Positions 8,088 to 17,778 of a DNA stretch of 40,573 nt are shown here, one piece after another. Made by a program: the position numbers and the translations under genes. The notes below the pieces were generated by a model. The model saw only the letters and a program-made list of their open reading frames with translations, was not told where the DNA came from and made no database searches. This DNA is from an uncultured Nitrososphaerota archaeon (GTDB lineage: Archaea; Korarchaeota; Korarchaeia; Korarchaeales; Korarchaeaceae), in contig CAZQNA010000013.1 of NCBI GenBank assembly GCA_964594835.1, positions 1 through 40,573 of the forward strand, written 5' to 3'. Each line of letters opens with the position of its first letter. Position 1 is the first letter of the stretch.

Positions 8088-8153
8088 GGCTCAGCCTGAG
8101 GGGTGGGCCGTCATCCCCGAGGTCCGTTGTCCCCTCCGGGCATCATCGCCCGC
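8088..8153 (-). ncRNA. Putative C/D-box methylation guide sRNA
   Basis: Minus-strand order: C box GCGATGA(8149-43), 16-nt guide, D' CGGA(8126-23), 5-nt linker, C' GGGATGA(8117-11), 16-nt guide, D CTGA(8094-91). Terminal stem GCGG/CCGC. The BRE-TATA AAACTTTAGTA (8185-8175) lies about 24 nt upstream. Confidence 0.72.
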
Positions 8154-8270
8154 GGAGGGGCAGGCCGAAGGCCCTACTAAAGTTTGAGCAGATGCGGGGA
8201 TGGCCACCCGAGGGTGTCCGCCGCGGCGAGGGCCCACGGCTTTTTTTGGGCGGGGCGCGGTGCTGTGGGG

Positions 8271-8347
8271 TGGAGCCCCGGGCGGGACTCGAACCCGCGA
8301 CCTGCCGCTTACGAGGCGGCCGCTCTGCCGAGCTGAGCTACCGGGGC
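8271..8347 (-). tRNA. tRNA-Thr(CGT), CCA encoded
   Basis: Reverse complement GCCCCGG...GCCGC-CT-CGT-AA-GCGGC...GCGGG-TTCGAGT-CCCGC-CCGGGGC-TCCA. Confidence 0.97.
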
Positions 8348-8406
8348 CCGCTGACCCTGCTCCGTAGGCTCTATAAAATTCCTGCGGGGATAACAACGAA
8401 GAGGTA

Positions 8407-8940
8407 GTGATGGAAGAGAGGGACTTGGCGCTCGCCGCAGTCGCCGCCGCCGTCGGCGACGTTGAGGTTGCAAGGTCGCTGCTGGAGCTCGCCTCCGCCG
8501 AGGAGTTCTATGAGGTGGAGCTGGCGCAGAGGCTAGACATGACCCAGCAGGAGGTCAGGAAGATCCTCTACGCCCTCCAGGACGCCAACCTCGCCCACCA
8601 GCTCCGGACAGAGGAGCTGGAGGAGGGGGGGAGGAGGGTCTACTGGAGGCTCAACCTCGCCAACTCCAGGGACTTCCTCAGGTCGAGGCTCAGGAGGGTC
8701 AGGGAGCTCCTTCTGGGTAGGAGGAGGCTGGAGGAGTTCAACGAGTTCTACGTCTGCGCCAACGACCCGAGCCACCACAGGGTGAGGTCGGACGAGATCC
8801 TCCCCATGCTGATGGACGGGGGGGAGGTCACCTGTCCGGTCTGCGGGGCCTCCCTCGAGCCGGAGGACAGGGAGGCCATGCTCTCAAAGATAGACGGGCT
8901 CGTTGAGGCCATAGACGAGGTGCTCAGGCTCCTGGGGTGA
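8407..8940 (+). CDS. tfe: Transcription factor E alpha (TFE)
   Basis: Winged helix ELAQRLDM..QEVRKILYAL...YW and zinc ribbon FYVC...CPVCG..L..ED. Confidence 0.88.
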   Translation: MMEERDLALAAVAAAVGDVEVARSLLELASAEEFYEVELAQRLDMTQQEVRKILYALQDANLAHQLRTEELEEGGRRVYWRLNLANSRDFLRSRLRRVRELLLGRRRLEEFNEFYVCANDPSHHRVRSDEILPMLMDGGEVTCPVCGASLEPEDREAMLSKIDGLVEAIDEVLRLLG

Positions 8941-9749
8941 TGACCCTGGTTCAGAGGGTCCTGCTGGCCGAGAAGGTCTATGGCAGATCGCTGAGCCGCA
9001 GGCTGGAGGAGTTCGGCTGGGAGATAATGTCTCAGATCGAGGAGATGGAGATAGACGGCCTCGACCTGGACGTGGTGGACAAGGACTGGGTGCTGGCCAC
9101 GCTGGAGGGCAGGGACGAGGTCGCCGCGGCAAACCTGCTGAGGCTCAGGTACGGGGAGGTCAGGAGCATGGAGGAGGTCTCAGAGGGCGAGGAGGTGAGG
9201 GGCTTCATCACCGACCTTGGGAGGGTCGGATACGGGGTGTACGTGGACGCTTTCGTGGAGGACAAGGACGCCCTCGTCCCGCTCTACGAGCTGAGGAGGT
9301 CGCTCGTCGGGGGGAGGAAGCTCCCCGCCAGGCTCATAGCGAGGCTCTTCGGGTTCGTGGAGAGGATGCCCCTGACGGTAGTCGTTCAGAGGAAGAGGGA
9401 CGGGGCCGTGGACGCCTCCCTCTCCCCGAGGCAGGCGGCGGAGTTCCAGAGGTGGATCAGGAGGGGGCTCGACGTGCTCGTCGTCTCAGGGTACACGGAG
9501 AGGGAGGTGAGGAGGGCCCTGAGGAAGTGCGGCCACGCGGTGGACGTGATAAGGATCGAGAGGCTCGCCTTCCTCTGCCACGCCCTGGTCTGCAAGGCGG
9601 ACACGCAGGCCAGGGGCCTGGTCCCGGCCGTCGGCCCCCACCTGCCGGGGGCCCCCCTCGGGGTCTTCTCCCCCAGGGAGGTGAGGCGCGCGATTGCGAG
9701 TGCCGAGGGGGCCGGTGAAACTGAGGGCGAGCGGGCGGGGGAGAGCTGA
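8937..9749 (+). CDS. DUF2110-family protein
   Basis: GRDEVAAANLLRLRYG, GRVGYGVYVD and GH..DVIRIERL...GLVPAVGP. This family typically follows tfe in archaea. Confidence 0.75.
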   Translation: MMTLVQRVLLAEKVYGRSLSRRLEEFGWEIMSQIEEMEIDGLDLDVVDKDWVLATLEGRDEVAAANLLRLRYGEVRSMEEVSEGEEVRGFITDLGRVGYGVYVDAFVEDKDALVPLYELRRSLVGGRKLPARLIARLFGFVERMPLTVVVQRKRDGAVDASLSPRQAAEFQRWIRRGLDVLVVSGYTEREVRRALRKCGHAVDVIRIERLAFLCHALVCKADTQARGLVPAVGPHLPGAPLGVFSPREVRRAIASAEGAGETEGERAGES

Positions 9750-11015
9750 TCAGGAGAGGTAGTCCGTGAGGTCCCCGAGGATCCTGGGGTCCCTGGGCGA
9801 CTCCCCGGGCGGGACGATCCGTCCGTACACCCCGTCGTAGCCGGGCTCGATGGTCAGGGTCCCGCCCCTCATGGCCCCGACCGACCGGGCCACGAGGTCT
9901 CCGGCAATGTTCCTCAGCCTCTCCAGGTCGCCCGTCATCAGGGCCTCGAGCTCGGAGCCGAATTCCCCGATCACGGACCCGTAGACGACCTGCGACCTGT
10001 CAGGCAGGGCCCCCCTGGAGCTGGCGAGGGACAGCAGCTCCTCAAGGGGGATGAGGCTGTAGAAGGGCCTGGCGCCTGGGGGCCTGCGCCCCTCCGGCCG
10101 GTCGGCAAGCTCCTCCACCCTGTGCAGCACCCCCAGGGTCAGCGGCCTCCCGCACATCGGGCAGGTGTTCCCCCTCCTCTCCGCCTCCCTGGGGTGCAGC
10201 CTGACCCCGCAGGCCCTGTGGCCGTCGTAGTGGTACTTCCCGTACTCCGGCGGTACCTCGACCGTGTAGGCTATCTTAGAACTGCCCTCCCGGCGGATCG
10301 CCCTGATCATCTCCCTGTACTCCGGCGCAGAGACCTCGAAGGCGGTGAGCTCCCTCCCCAGCCTCAGGGGCGTCGGGGAGTGGGCGTCCGAGAAGCTCAC
10401 AAGGGAGTAGCGGTCCAGGGAGCTCAGCCTCCAGTTCATGGGAGGATCCGACGAGAGTCCAGTCTCTATGGCGTGTATCCTGCGGACCTGATCGCCGAAG
10501 GCCTCCTCCAGGGAGTCGAACCCGCTCCTGCTCCCGAAGACGGAGTACCAGGGTGTCCAGGCGTGGGCCGGGATCACCTCCACCCAGGGATCGACCTCAG
10601 CCACGGCCTCCACGAACTCGGCCGGCTCGACGGAGAGCGTCGGCCTGCCGTCGGCCTCCAGGCTCCCCCACCTCGACATGACCTCCGCGGCCTGGTCGGC
10701 CGCGTCGAGGTCCGGCGCCAGGACCACGAGGTGAATCCTGTGGACGTCCCCTCCCGCTCGGAACTGGAGGTTGACCTCGGTCTGAGGGACGAAGAGCACC
10801 CCTCCGTACTCGTAGAGGTCGCCCGAGTCGGCCCTGGAGAGCCAGGACCTGAGCTCTTCCCTCCAGGCCGGGTGGGTGAAGTCGCCGGTCCCGAGGACAT
10901 CGATCCCCTTGAGCCTGGCCGCGGAGACCAGGTGGGGGATGTCCATCCTCGGGCTCGTGGCCCTGCTGTACCTGGAGTGGATGTGGAGGTCGGCCCTGAG
11001 GATCGTCCCCCTCAC
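9750..11015 (-). CDS. Endonuclease Q (PHP family, TIGR00375-like)
   Basis: ADLHIHSRYSRATS, GTGDFTHP, PAHAWTP, ETGLSSD, SDAHS, GKYHYDGHRAC...CPMCG and PGYDGVYG. Probable start is GTG 11015, overlapping the trmB stop. Confidence 0.93.
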   Translation of the reverse strand: MRGTILRADLHIHSRYSRATSPRMDIPHLVSAARLKGIDVLGTGDFTHPAWREELRSWLSRADSGDLYEYGGVLFVPQTEVNLQFRAGGDVHRIHLVVLAPDLDAADQAAEVMSRWGSLEADGRPTLSVEPAEFVEAVAEVDPWVEVIPAHAWTPWYSVFGSRSGFDSLEEAFGDQVRRIHAIETGLSSDPPMNWRLSSLDRYSLVSFSDAHSPTPLRLGRELTAFEVSAPEYREMIRAIRREGSSKIAYTVEVPPEYGKYHYDGHRACGVRLHPREAERRGNTCPMCGRPLTLGVLHRVEELADRPEGRRPPGARPFYSLIPLEELLSLASSRGALPDRSQVVYGSVIGEFGSELEALMTGDLERLRNIAGDLVARSVGAMRGGTLTIEPGYDGVYGRIVPPGESPRDPRILGDLTDYLS

Positions 11016-11701
11016 CCCCCTGCCGCCCCTCCGCACAGCGCCCCCACTATCCCCCTGAGCGTCGTGTACGCGCCCACCCAGGAGGTCCCGACCCGCTCCC
11101 AGATCACGGCCGCCGCGGGCGAGGAGGAGCAGGCGCCGCCCGTTCCACCGCCGAGCTCGACGGTCAGGTCCAGCTCCACTCCTCTCCTAGACTCGGCCAG
11201 CCTCAGGATCCTCCCCCAGAAGGGTGGGCTCGGCTCCCCCGGGAAGAGGACCAACCTCCCGGACGCGGACCTTATCAGGGCGGAGGCGGCGGCCTCCAGG
11301 GCCCTCGTCCCCCTAAGGGGGACCAGCCAGGCGCCCGTCGAGATCTCGAACTCGACGTGGAGGGGGTCGGTCCCCCCGGGCAGCAGTCCCGCAAGCTCCG
11401 AGGCCGCGTCCAGGGCCCCCTCTATGAGGTGGGCGAGGGCCGAGGATATGACCTCAGAGACGGGCCTCCCCCTGAACTTCATGGGCCTCCCTGGCTCGAC
11501 GTCGACCAGGCCCTTGGCGTGGAGTGAGTTGAGGGCCCTGTACGCCGTCGACAGCGGCACTCCGGCCTGCCTAGAGACCTCCTCTGCCGTCAGGCCCACG
11601 CCAGACCCCAGGAGGCAGAGTAGGCTCTCGGCCTCTGACCTGGTCAGGCCCAGCCTCCTCAGCAGGCTCCCCGCGGTCGTCCCGGCTCCCGTCTTCCTCA
11701 G
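11012..11701 (-). CDS. TrmB-family HTH regulator (start probably CTG 11701; first canonical start 11599)
   Basis: LRRLGLTRSEAE...LTAEEVSRQAGVPLSTAYRALNSLHAKGLV...GRPMKF is a TrmB N-terminal domain. The homologous segment extends upstream of the GTG at 11599. Confidence 0.75.
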   Translation of the reverse strand: MRKTGAGTTAGSLLRRLGLTRSEAESLLCLLGSGVGLTAEEVSRQAGVPLSTAYRALNSLHAKGLVDVEPGRPMKFRGRPVSEVISSALAHLIEGALDAASELAGLLPGGTDPLHVEFEISTGAWLVPLRGTRALEAAASALIRSASGRLVLFPGEPSPPFWGRILRLAESRRGVELDLTVELGGGTGGACSSSPAAAVIWERVGTSWVGAYTTLRGIVGALCGGAAGG

Positions 11702-11704
11702 GGC

Positions 11705-12010
11705 TCAGGACACCTCGGCGAACACGCCGTCCCTGGTTATCCTCTTAACCACCGCGGTTACGACCTCTCCAGGGTCCGCGGCCCCCCTCACTATGACGGT
11801 CCTGCCCCTGTACTGCCCCACGCCCTCCCCCCTCCTGGTCACGTCGGTTATCAGGAGTTCTATCACGTCTCCGACCTTCAGCGGGGACTCCCTGCCGAAC
11901 TTGGTGGAGCTGGCCCTCGGGGCGTATATGTCTATCCTCCTCTTTCGTCCCAGTCGTCCCTTCCATCCGCTCTGGGCGGCGCTGCCGCCCTTCGGGTTCT
12001 TCCTCGGCAT
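11705..12010 (-). CDS. Stand-alone TRAM-domain RNA-binding protein with a basic N-terminal extension
   Basis: PLKVGDVIELLITDVTRRGEGVG...IVRGA..GEVV...FAEV. TATA-like TTTATATTT at about 12046-12054. Confidence 0.85.
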   Translation of the reverse strand: MPRKNPKGGSAAQSGWKGRLGRKRRIDIYAPRASSTKFGRESPLKVGDVIELLITDVTRRGEGVGQYRGRTVIVRGAADPGEVVTAVVKRITRDGVFAEVS

Positions 12011-12067
12011 CAGAGACCCTCGTCGCCGGGTGACCGAGCGGCCCGAAATATAAAAGGCGATGTCCCC

Positions 12068-13462
12068 TCAGAGGGCAACCGCCACCTGGACGTCCATCAC
12101 GTTCGTGTGGGTGGGGCCGGTCAGTATCAGGTCCCCGAGCCTGCGGAAGAACTCGTACGAGTTGTTGTCCCTCAGGAAGTCGGAGGGCTTCATCCCCTCC
12201 CCCAGGGCCCTCTCGAGGGTCTGGCCGTCTGCCACGGCGCCGGCGGCGTCCGTGACGCCGTCTATCCCGTCGGTCCCTATCGACAGGAGGGCCACGCCCT
12301 CCAGGCCTGAGAGCTTCTCGACGGCCCCCAGCACCAGCTCCTGGTTCCTGCCCCCCCTCCCCTTGCCGGTGACCCTCACGGTCGTCTCTCCCCCGGACAC
12401 CACAGCCATCGGGGGTTCGGCTGGCACCCCCTGCCCCCTTGCCGCCTGGACGATGCTGGCCAGGACCCTCCCCACGTGCCTGGCCTCCCCCTCCACGAAG
12501 GAGCCGAGGATCACGACCCTCAGCCCCTGTCCAGACAGGGTCTCAGCCGCCTCGGCCACTGACCCGGAGTTCGACGCGACGATCAGGTTGTGGACGTCGT
12601 CGAACAGGTCGTCTCCGGGCTTCGGGGTCTCCGGCAGCTCACCCCGTAGCCCCCTCCTGAGCACGTCCACGACCGAGTCCGGCATCTCTCCCAGGAGGTC
12701 GTACTTCTCCAGCACCTCCCACGCGTCCCCGAAGGTCGTGGGGTCGGGCGCGGTGGGGCCGGAGGCTATGGTGTCGACCGGGTCCCCCACCACGTCGGAG
12801 ACTATCAGGCTCACCACCGTCGCCGGCCTGGCAGCCCTGGCCAGCTGCCCCCCCTTGACCCTGGAGACGTGCTTCCTGACGGCGTTGATCTCCTGTATCG
12901 TCGCCCCCGACTTGATCAGGACGTCGTTCATTCTCCTCAGGTCTTCGAGGGTGATGCCCCTCTGCGGGAGCTCCATGAGGGCCGATCCGCCGCCGGAGAT
13001 CAGGGCGAACACCACGTCACCCTCTCCCGCCCTCTCGGCCAGCTCGAGTATCCTCCTGGTCCCCTCAATCGTCCCCTCGTCGGGGATCGGGTGCCCCGCC
13101 GGGTGGGCGGCGATCGACCGGAGGGAGAACTCCCCCTCCGTGCCCCTGAGGACGTTCACGGAGCCGGCCCGGATCGCGCCGCCGAGCAGCCCCTCGAGGG
13201 CCTCTGCCATCCTCCCGGTGGCCTTCCCCGCCCCCACGACGTACGCCCCGCCGGACAGTCCCACCCGAACCCCTCCCACCTCTGCGTACCCGGGGCCGAC
13301 CGAGAGGGACCTGCCCATGGCCACCATGGGATCAGCCGCCCTGACGGCCGCCTCTGCGGCGGCCAGGGCGAGCCTCCTGGCCCTCCTGTCCTCCTCGGTC
13401 CTCCCGTTGCCCACGAGCGACTCGAGGTTCCTGACGATGACCCCCCTCCCTACGCCTCCCAA
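12068..13462 (-). CDS. Glycerate 2-kinase (MOFRL/GckA family)
   Basis: GAGKA, HPIPD, LISGGGSAL, RKHVSRVKGG, SDVVGD...IASGPT, GGETTV, GGRNQE, GTDGIDG and TGPTHTNVMD. Confidence 0.95.
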   Translation of the reverse strand: MGGVGRGVIVRNLESLVGNGRTEEDRRARRLALAAAEAAVRAADPMVAMGRSLSVGPGYAEVGGVRVGLSGGAYVVGAGKATGRMAEALEGLLGGAIRAGSVNVLRGTEGEFSLRSIAAHPAGHPIPDEGTIEGTRRILELAERAGEGDVVFALISGGGSALMELPQRGITLEDLRRMNDVLIKSGATIQEINAVRKHVSRVKGGQLARAARPATVVSLIVSDVVGDPVDTIASGPTAPDPTTFGDAWEVLEKYDLLGEMPDSVVDVLRRGLRGELPETPKPGDDLFDDVHNLIVASNSGSVAEAAETLSGQGLRVVILGSFVEGEARHVGRVLASIVQAARGQGVPAEPPMAVVSGGETTVRVTGKGRGGRNQELVLGAVEKLSGLEGVALLSIGTDGIDGVTDAAGAVADGQTLERALGEGMKPSDFLRDNNSYEFFRRLGDLILTGPTHTNVMDVQVAVAL

Positions 13463-14721
13463 GGCTCCCTCCTCCCGACCTCTCCGTAGTCCGGGCCCAG
13501 CCTGACGTGGCCGAGTTCTATCCTGTCCGGGATCCCATAATACTTCGTCCTAACCCTCGCGACACCCCCCTCCAGGTCCAGCTCCTCCAGGACGCCCACC
13601 GCGGAGCACAGGCCGTCGGGGTCCAAGAGGCCGACGTAGAGCCCCCTTAGGCCTTCCCTCGTGGTGTACCTGACCTCCTTCCCCGTGAGCTCGGCCATAG
13701 CCCTGACGGCCCCCGGGTTGGGCCTGCCTTCGCAGACCATGACGATCGCATCGGGGGCCTCCTCCAGGTGGAGGAGCCCGCACCCCAGGGTCCTGTCGAA
13801 GGCCTCAAGGGCGTCCGGCCTGGCCCTGCCGGACCCCAGGAAGGTCCCGACCAGCCCAACCTCCCCCAGGTCGTAGGAGGCGATCCTCGAGCCCTCGAGG
13901 TACCTGGCGTAGGCGCTCCTCCTTCCGAGCCTCCTGAGAGACCTGTACTTCTCGGAGGCGTAGGGGGGAGGGGACATGTCGATCACCCTCGCCCGGGAGG
14001 GGACAAGGCGCCTGAGGTGCTCCGCCTCCCCCTCCCTCTGGATCAGCGCGACCTTGGTCGGGGCCAGGGCCGCCAGCTTGAACCTCTTCAGGGCCCTGGC
14101 GGCCCCTCCCCTGACCATGCCCGTCGTGTTGACCAAGACCACATCGGCCCCCCTCTCGAGGGCCAGCCCGGCCAGCCTCGCGGATCCGACGACCATGGGG
14201 AGCAGGTGGCCTCTGGGGGTCACGTCTCCGACGAAGAAGAGGGCGTCTGGCTCGGCCAGCTTCGGGTGGACCGGCGGAGAGCTGGCCAGCAGGAGCCCTA
14301 TGGTCCCCGGCGGCCCCACGTCGGACTGTCCCACATCGGCGTCGACCAGGGCGACGGTCATCCCCCTGGCGGTCAGGCGGTTGAGGAGGAAGGCCAGGAG
14401 CCCGCTCTTACCCACGTCCACGCCGCCAAGGACCACGAACAGGTCCCCGGGCTCCATGGACCTGGCAACGCTTTCCCAGGAGTCCGGGACGACTCGGGGG
14501 ATTGGATCGACCCTGGCCGCCCCCTCCACGAGGACCCTCGACCTGCGGACGGCCCTGACCAGCAGCGGGACGTCGGGCGAGTCGACCCTGACCTCGGCCG
14601 CGGGGGCGCCCCAGACCTCGACCTCACCGTCGAGCGCCGAGAGCCCGACCGGCCCGTGAACCACGAACCCCTGGCCGGGATCTAGCGTGACTTCTGTGGC
14701 TCCCTCGTCGCCGGAGGCCAT
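13450..14721 (-). CDS. Clp1/Grc3-family polynucleotide 5'-hydroxyl kinase
   Basis: P-loop GGVDVGKS, DADVGQSDVGPPG, NTTG and the RRLGRR lid motif. Confidence 0.88.
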   Translation of the reverse strand: MASGDEGATEVTLDPGQGFVVHGPVGLSALDGEVEVWGAPAAEVRVDSPDVPLLVRAVRRSRVLVEGAARVDPIPRVVPDSWESVARSMEPGDLFVVLGGVDVGKSGLLAFLLNRLTARGMTVALVDADVGQSDVGPPGTIGLLLASSPPVHPKLAEPDALFFVGDVTPRGHLLPMVVGSARLAGLALERGADVVLVNTTGMVRGGAARALKRFKLAALAPTKVALIQREGEAEHLRRLVPSRARVIDMSPPPYASEKYRSLRRLGRRSAYARYLEGSRIASYDLGEVGLVGTFLGSGRARPDALEAFDRTLGCGLLHLEEAPDAIVMVCEGRPNPGAVRAMAELTGKEVRYTTREGLRGLYVGLLDPDGLCSAVGVLEELDLEGGVARVRTKYYGIPDRIELGHVRLGPDYGEVGRREPWEA

Positions 14722-14738
14722 CCGAGGCTCCCGCCGCA

Positions 14739-14757
14739 GAAACCATTAAGGGGTTTC
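14739..14757. promoter_or_regulatory. Symmetric bidirectional BRE-TATA shared by the clp1 and RuBisCO-like genes
   Basis: GAAACC-ATTAAGG-GGTTTC. It lies about 26-28 nt from both ATGs (14721 and 14775), consistent with two leaderless transcripts. Confidence 0.65.
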
Positions 14758-14774
14758 CCGGGAGCGGCCGGGAG

Positions 14775-15905
14775 ATGCCGAGTCCTTCCGATGTGGTGGC
14801 CGAGATAGCCCTGGAGGACCCAGGCGCCGCCGACGCGGCCTTGAGGGCGCTGAACTCGGAGTTCAGGGGGCTGGGAGAGCCGACCCCTCGGGTCGCGAGG
14901 GGAGAAGTCGAGGGCGCTCTGGTGGTCGAGATACCCGTGGACATCCTGGACCCGGCCTCGCCAGCCACTCACCTGGCCCAGGTGCTCAGGTGGATCGTCG
15001 GGGCCGTCCCCGCCAGGGCGACGGTCTCCAGGCTGTCGCTCCCCGGTGAGCCCTTCAGGGGTCCGAGGCTGGGCCTGAGGGACGTGCGGAGGCACACCGG
15101 CATCAGGGGCCCGCTGCTGGGGGTCGTGATAAGGGCGGACAGCAGGGAACCCTTCGACCTGGCCAAGAGGTTCTACGAGCTCGCGTCAGCCGGGGCCGAC
15201 CTGGGGCTGGAGCCCGAGGTCCTGACCGACCACCCGGCCTCCCCCATATCGGCCAGGGCGTCGCATGCCGCGGACATGGTTGACAGGGTGAAGGAGGAGA
15301 CCGGCAGGAGGCCCATCTACGTGGTGTCCGTCGAGGCCGACGCCTCCTCTCTGTTGGACAGGGTCCAGGAGGTCGCCGACGCGGGCCTCCCGTTCGTGGC
15401 GCTGGGGGCATCCAGCCTGGGCAGCGTGGAGGCCGTGGCCGCCTCGGACCTCAAGGTGGGCGTCTACGCGAGAGGGGGGCCGGGGCACCCATCCATGGGC
15501 TGGCTCTCCCCGGGGGCGTGCGCGGCCCTCCTCAGGTCGGCCGGGGCGGGCCTCGTTGAGAGGCCCTCGGCCGGCTCCATCCCCCGGTCCGACATAGAGG
15601 AGGCTGACTCAGCCCTCCTGTCTGAGGCCGAGGGGCTGGCGAGGGCCATGCCGGCGGCGAGGGGCGGCCTCCACCCAGGGTCCGTGGAGGCGAACGTCTC
15701 CCTCTTCGGCGTGGACCAGGCGCTGGTGTTCGACGAGGGGGTGTACGACCACCCCTGGGGGTTCAAGAGCGGTGTCTCGGCCGCCAGGGCGGCCATAGAC
15801 GCCGCCCTTAGGGGGGAGGGGTTCTACGAGGTCGTCGAGGCGAGCGAGGAGATAAGGGCCGCCGTGGACCGCTGGGGCTACCTCGCCCCAGACGCGGTCC
15901 GCTGA
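14775..15905 (+). CDS. RuBisCO large-subunit homologue (form III-like) with a degenerate active site
   Basis: FRGPRLG, PLLG, EETG, GGLHPG, HPWG and AVDRWG are RuBisCO scaffold motifs. The KPK, KDDE and HxHR motifs are replaced (see findings). Confidence 0.85.
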   Translation: MPSPSDVVAEIALEDPGAADAALRALNSEFRGLGEPTPRVARGEVEGALVVEIPVDILDPASPATHLAQVLRWIVGAVPARATVSRLSLPGEPFRGPRLGLRDVRRHTGIRGPLLGVVIRADSREPFDLAKRFYELASAGADLGLEPEVLTDHPASPISARASHAADMVDRVKEETGRRPIYVVSVEADASSLLDRVQEVADAGLPFVALGASSLGSVEAVAASDLKVGVYARGGPGHPSMGWLSPGACAALLRSAGAGLVERPSAGSIPRSDIEEADSALLSEAEGLARAMPAARGGLHPGSVEANVSLFGVDQALVFDEGVYDHPWGFKSGVSAARAAIDAALRGEGFYEVVEASEEIRAAVDRWGYLAPDAVR

Positions 15906-15926
15906 CAGCCCGGCCACGTGGGCCTG

Positions 15927-17762
<1,836 letters not shown>

Positions 17763-17778
<16 letters not shown>

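Noticed and set aside
8085-8250. 5S rRNA, SRP RNA or RNase P RNA as the identity of the structured intergenic region
   Set aside because: The conserved motifs of those RNAs are absent on both strands. The C/D-box layout fits better.
11705-11707. Selenocysteine recoding of the TRAM TGA
   Set aside because: The TGA falls at the natural end of the TRAM domain and not at a Cys-equivalent position. I recognised no SECIS-like element.
10122-13505. Long plus-strand ORFs (643 aa and 481 aa)
   Set aside because: They are antisense shadows of endoQ/trmB/TRAM and glycerate kinase. They are Ser/Pro-rich with no motifs, as expected at high GC.
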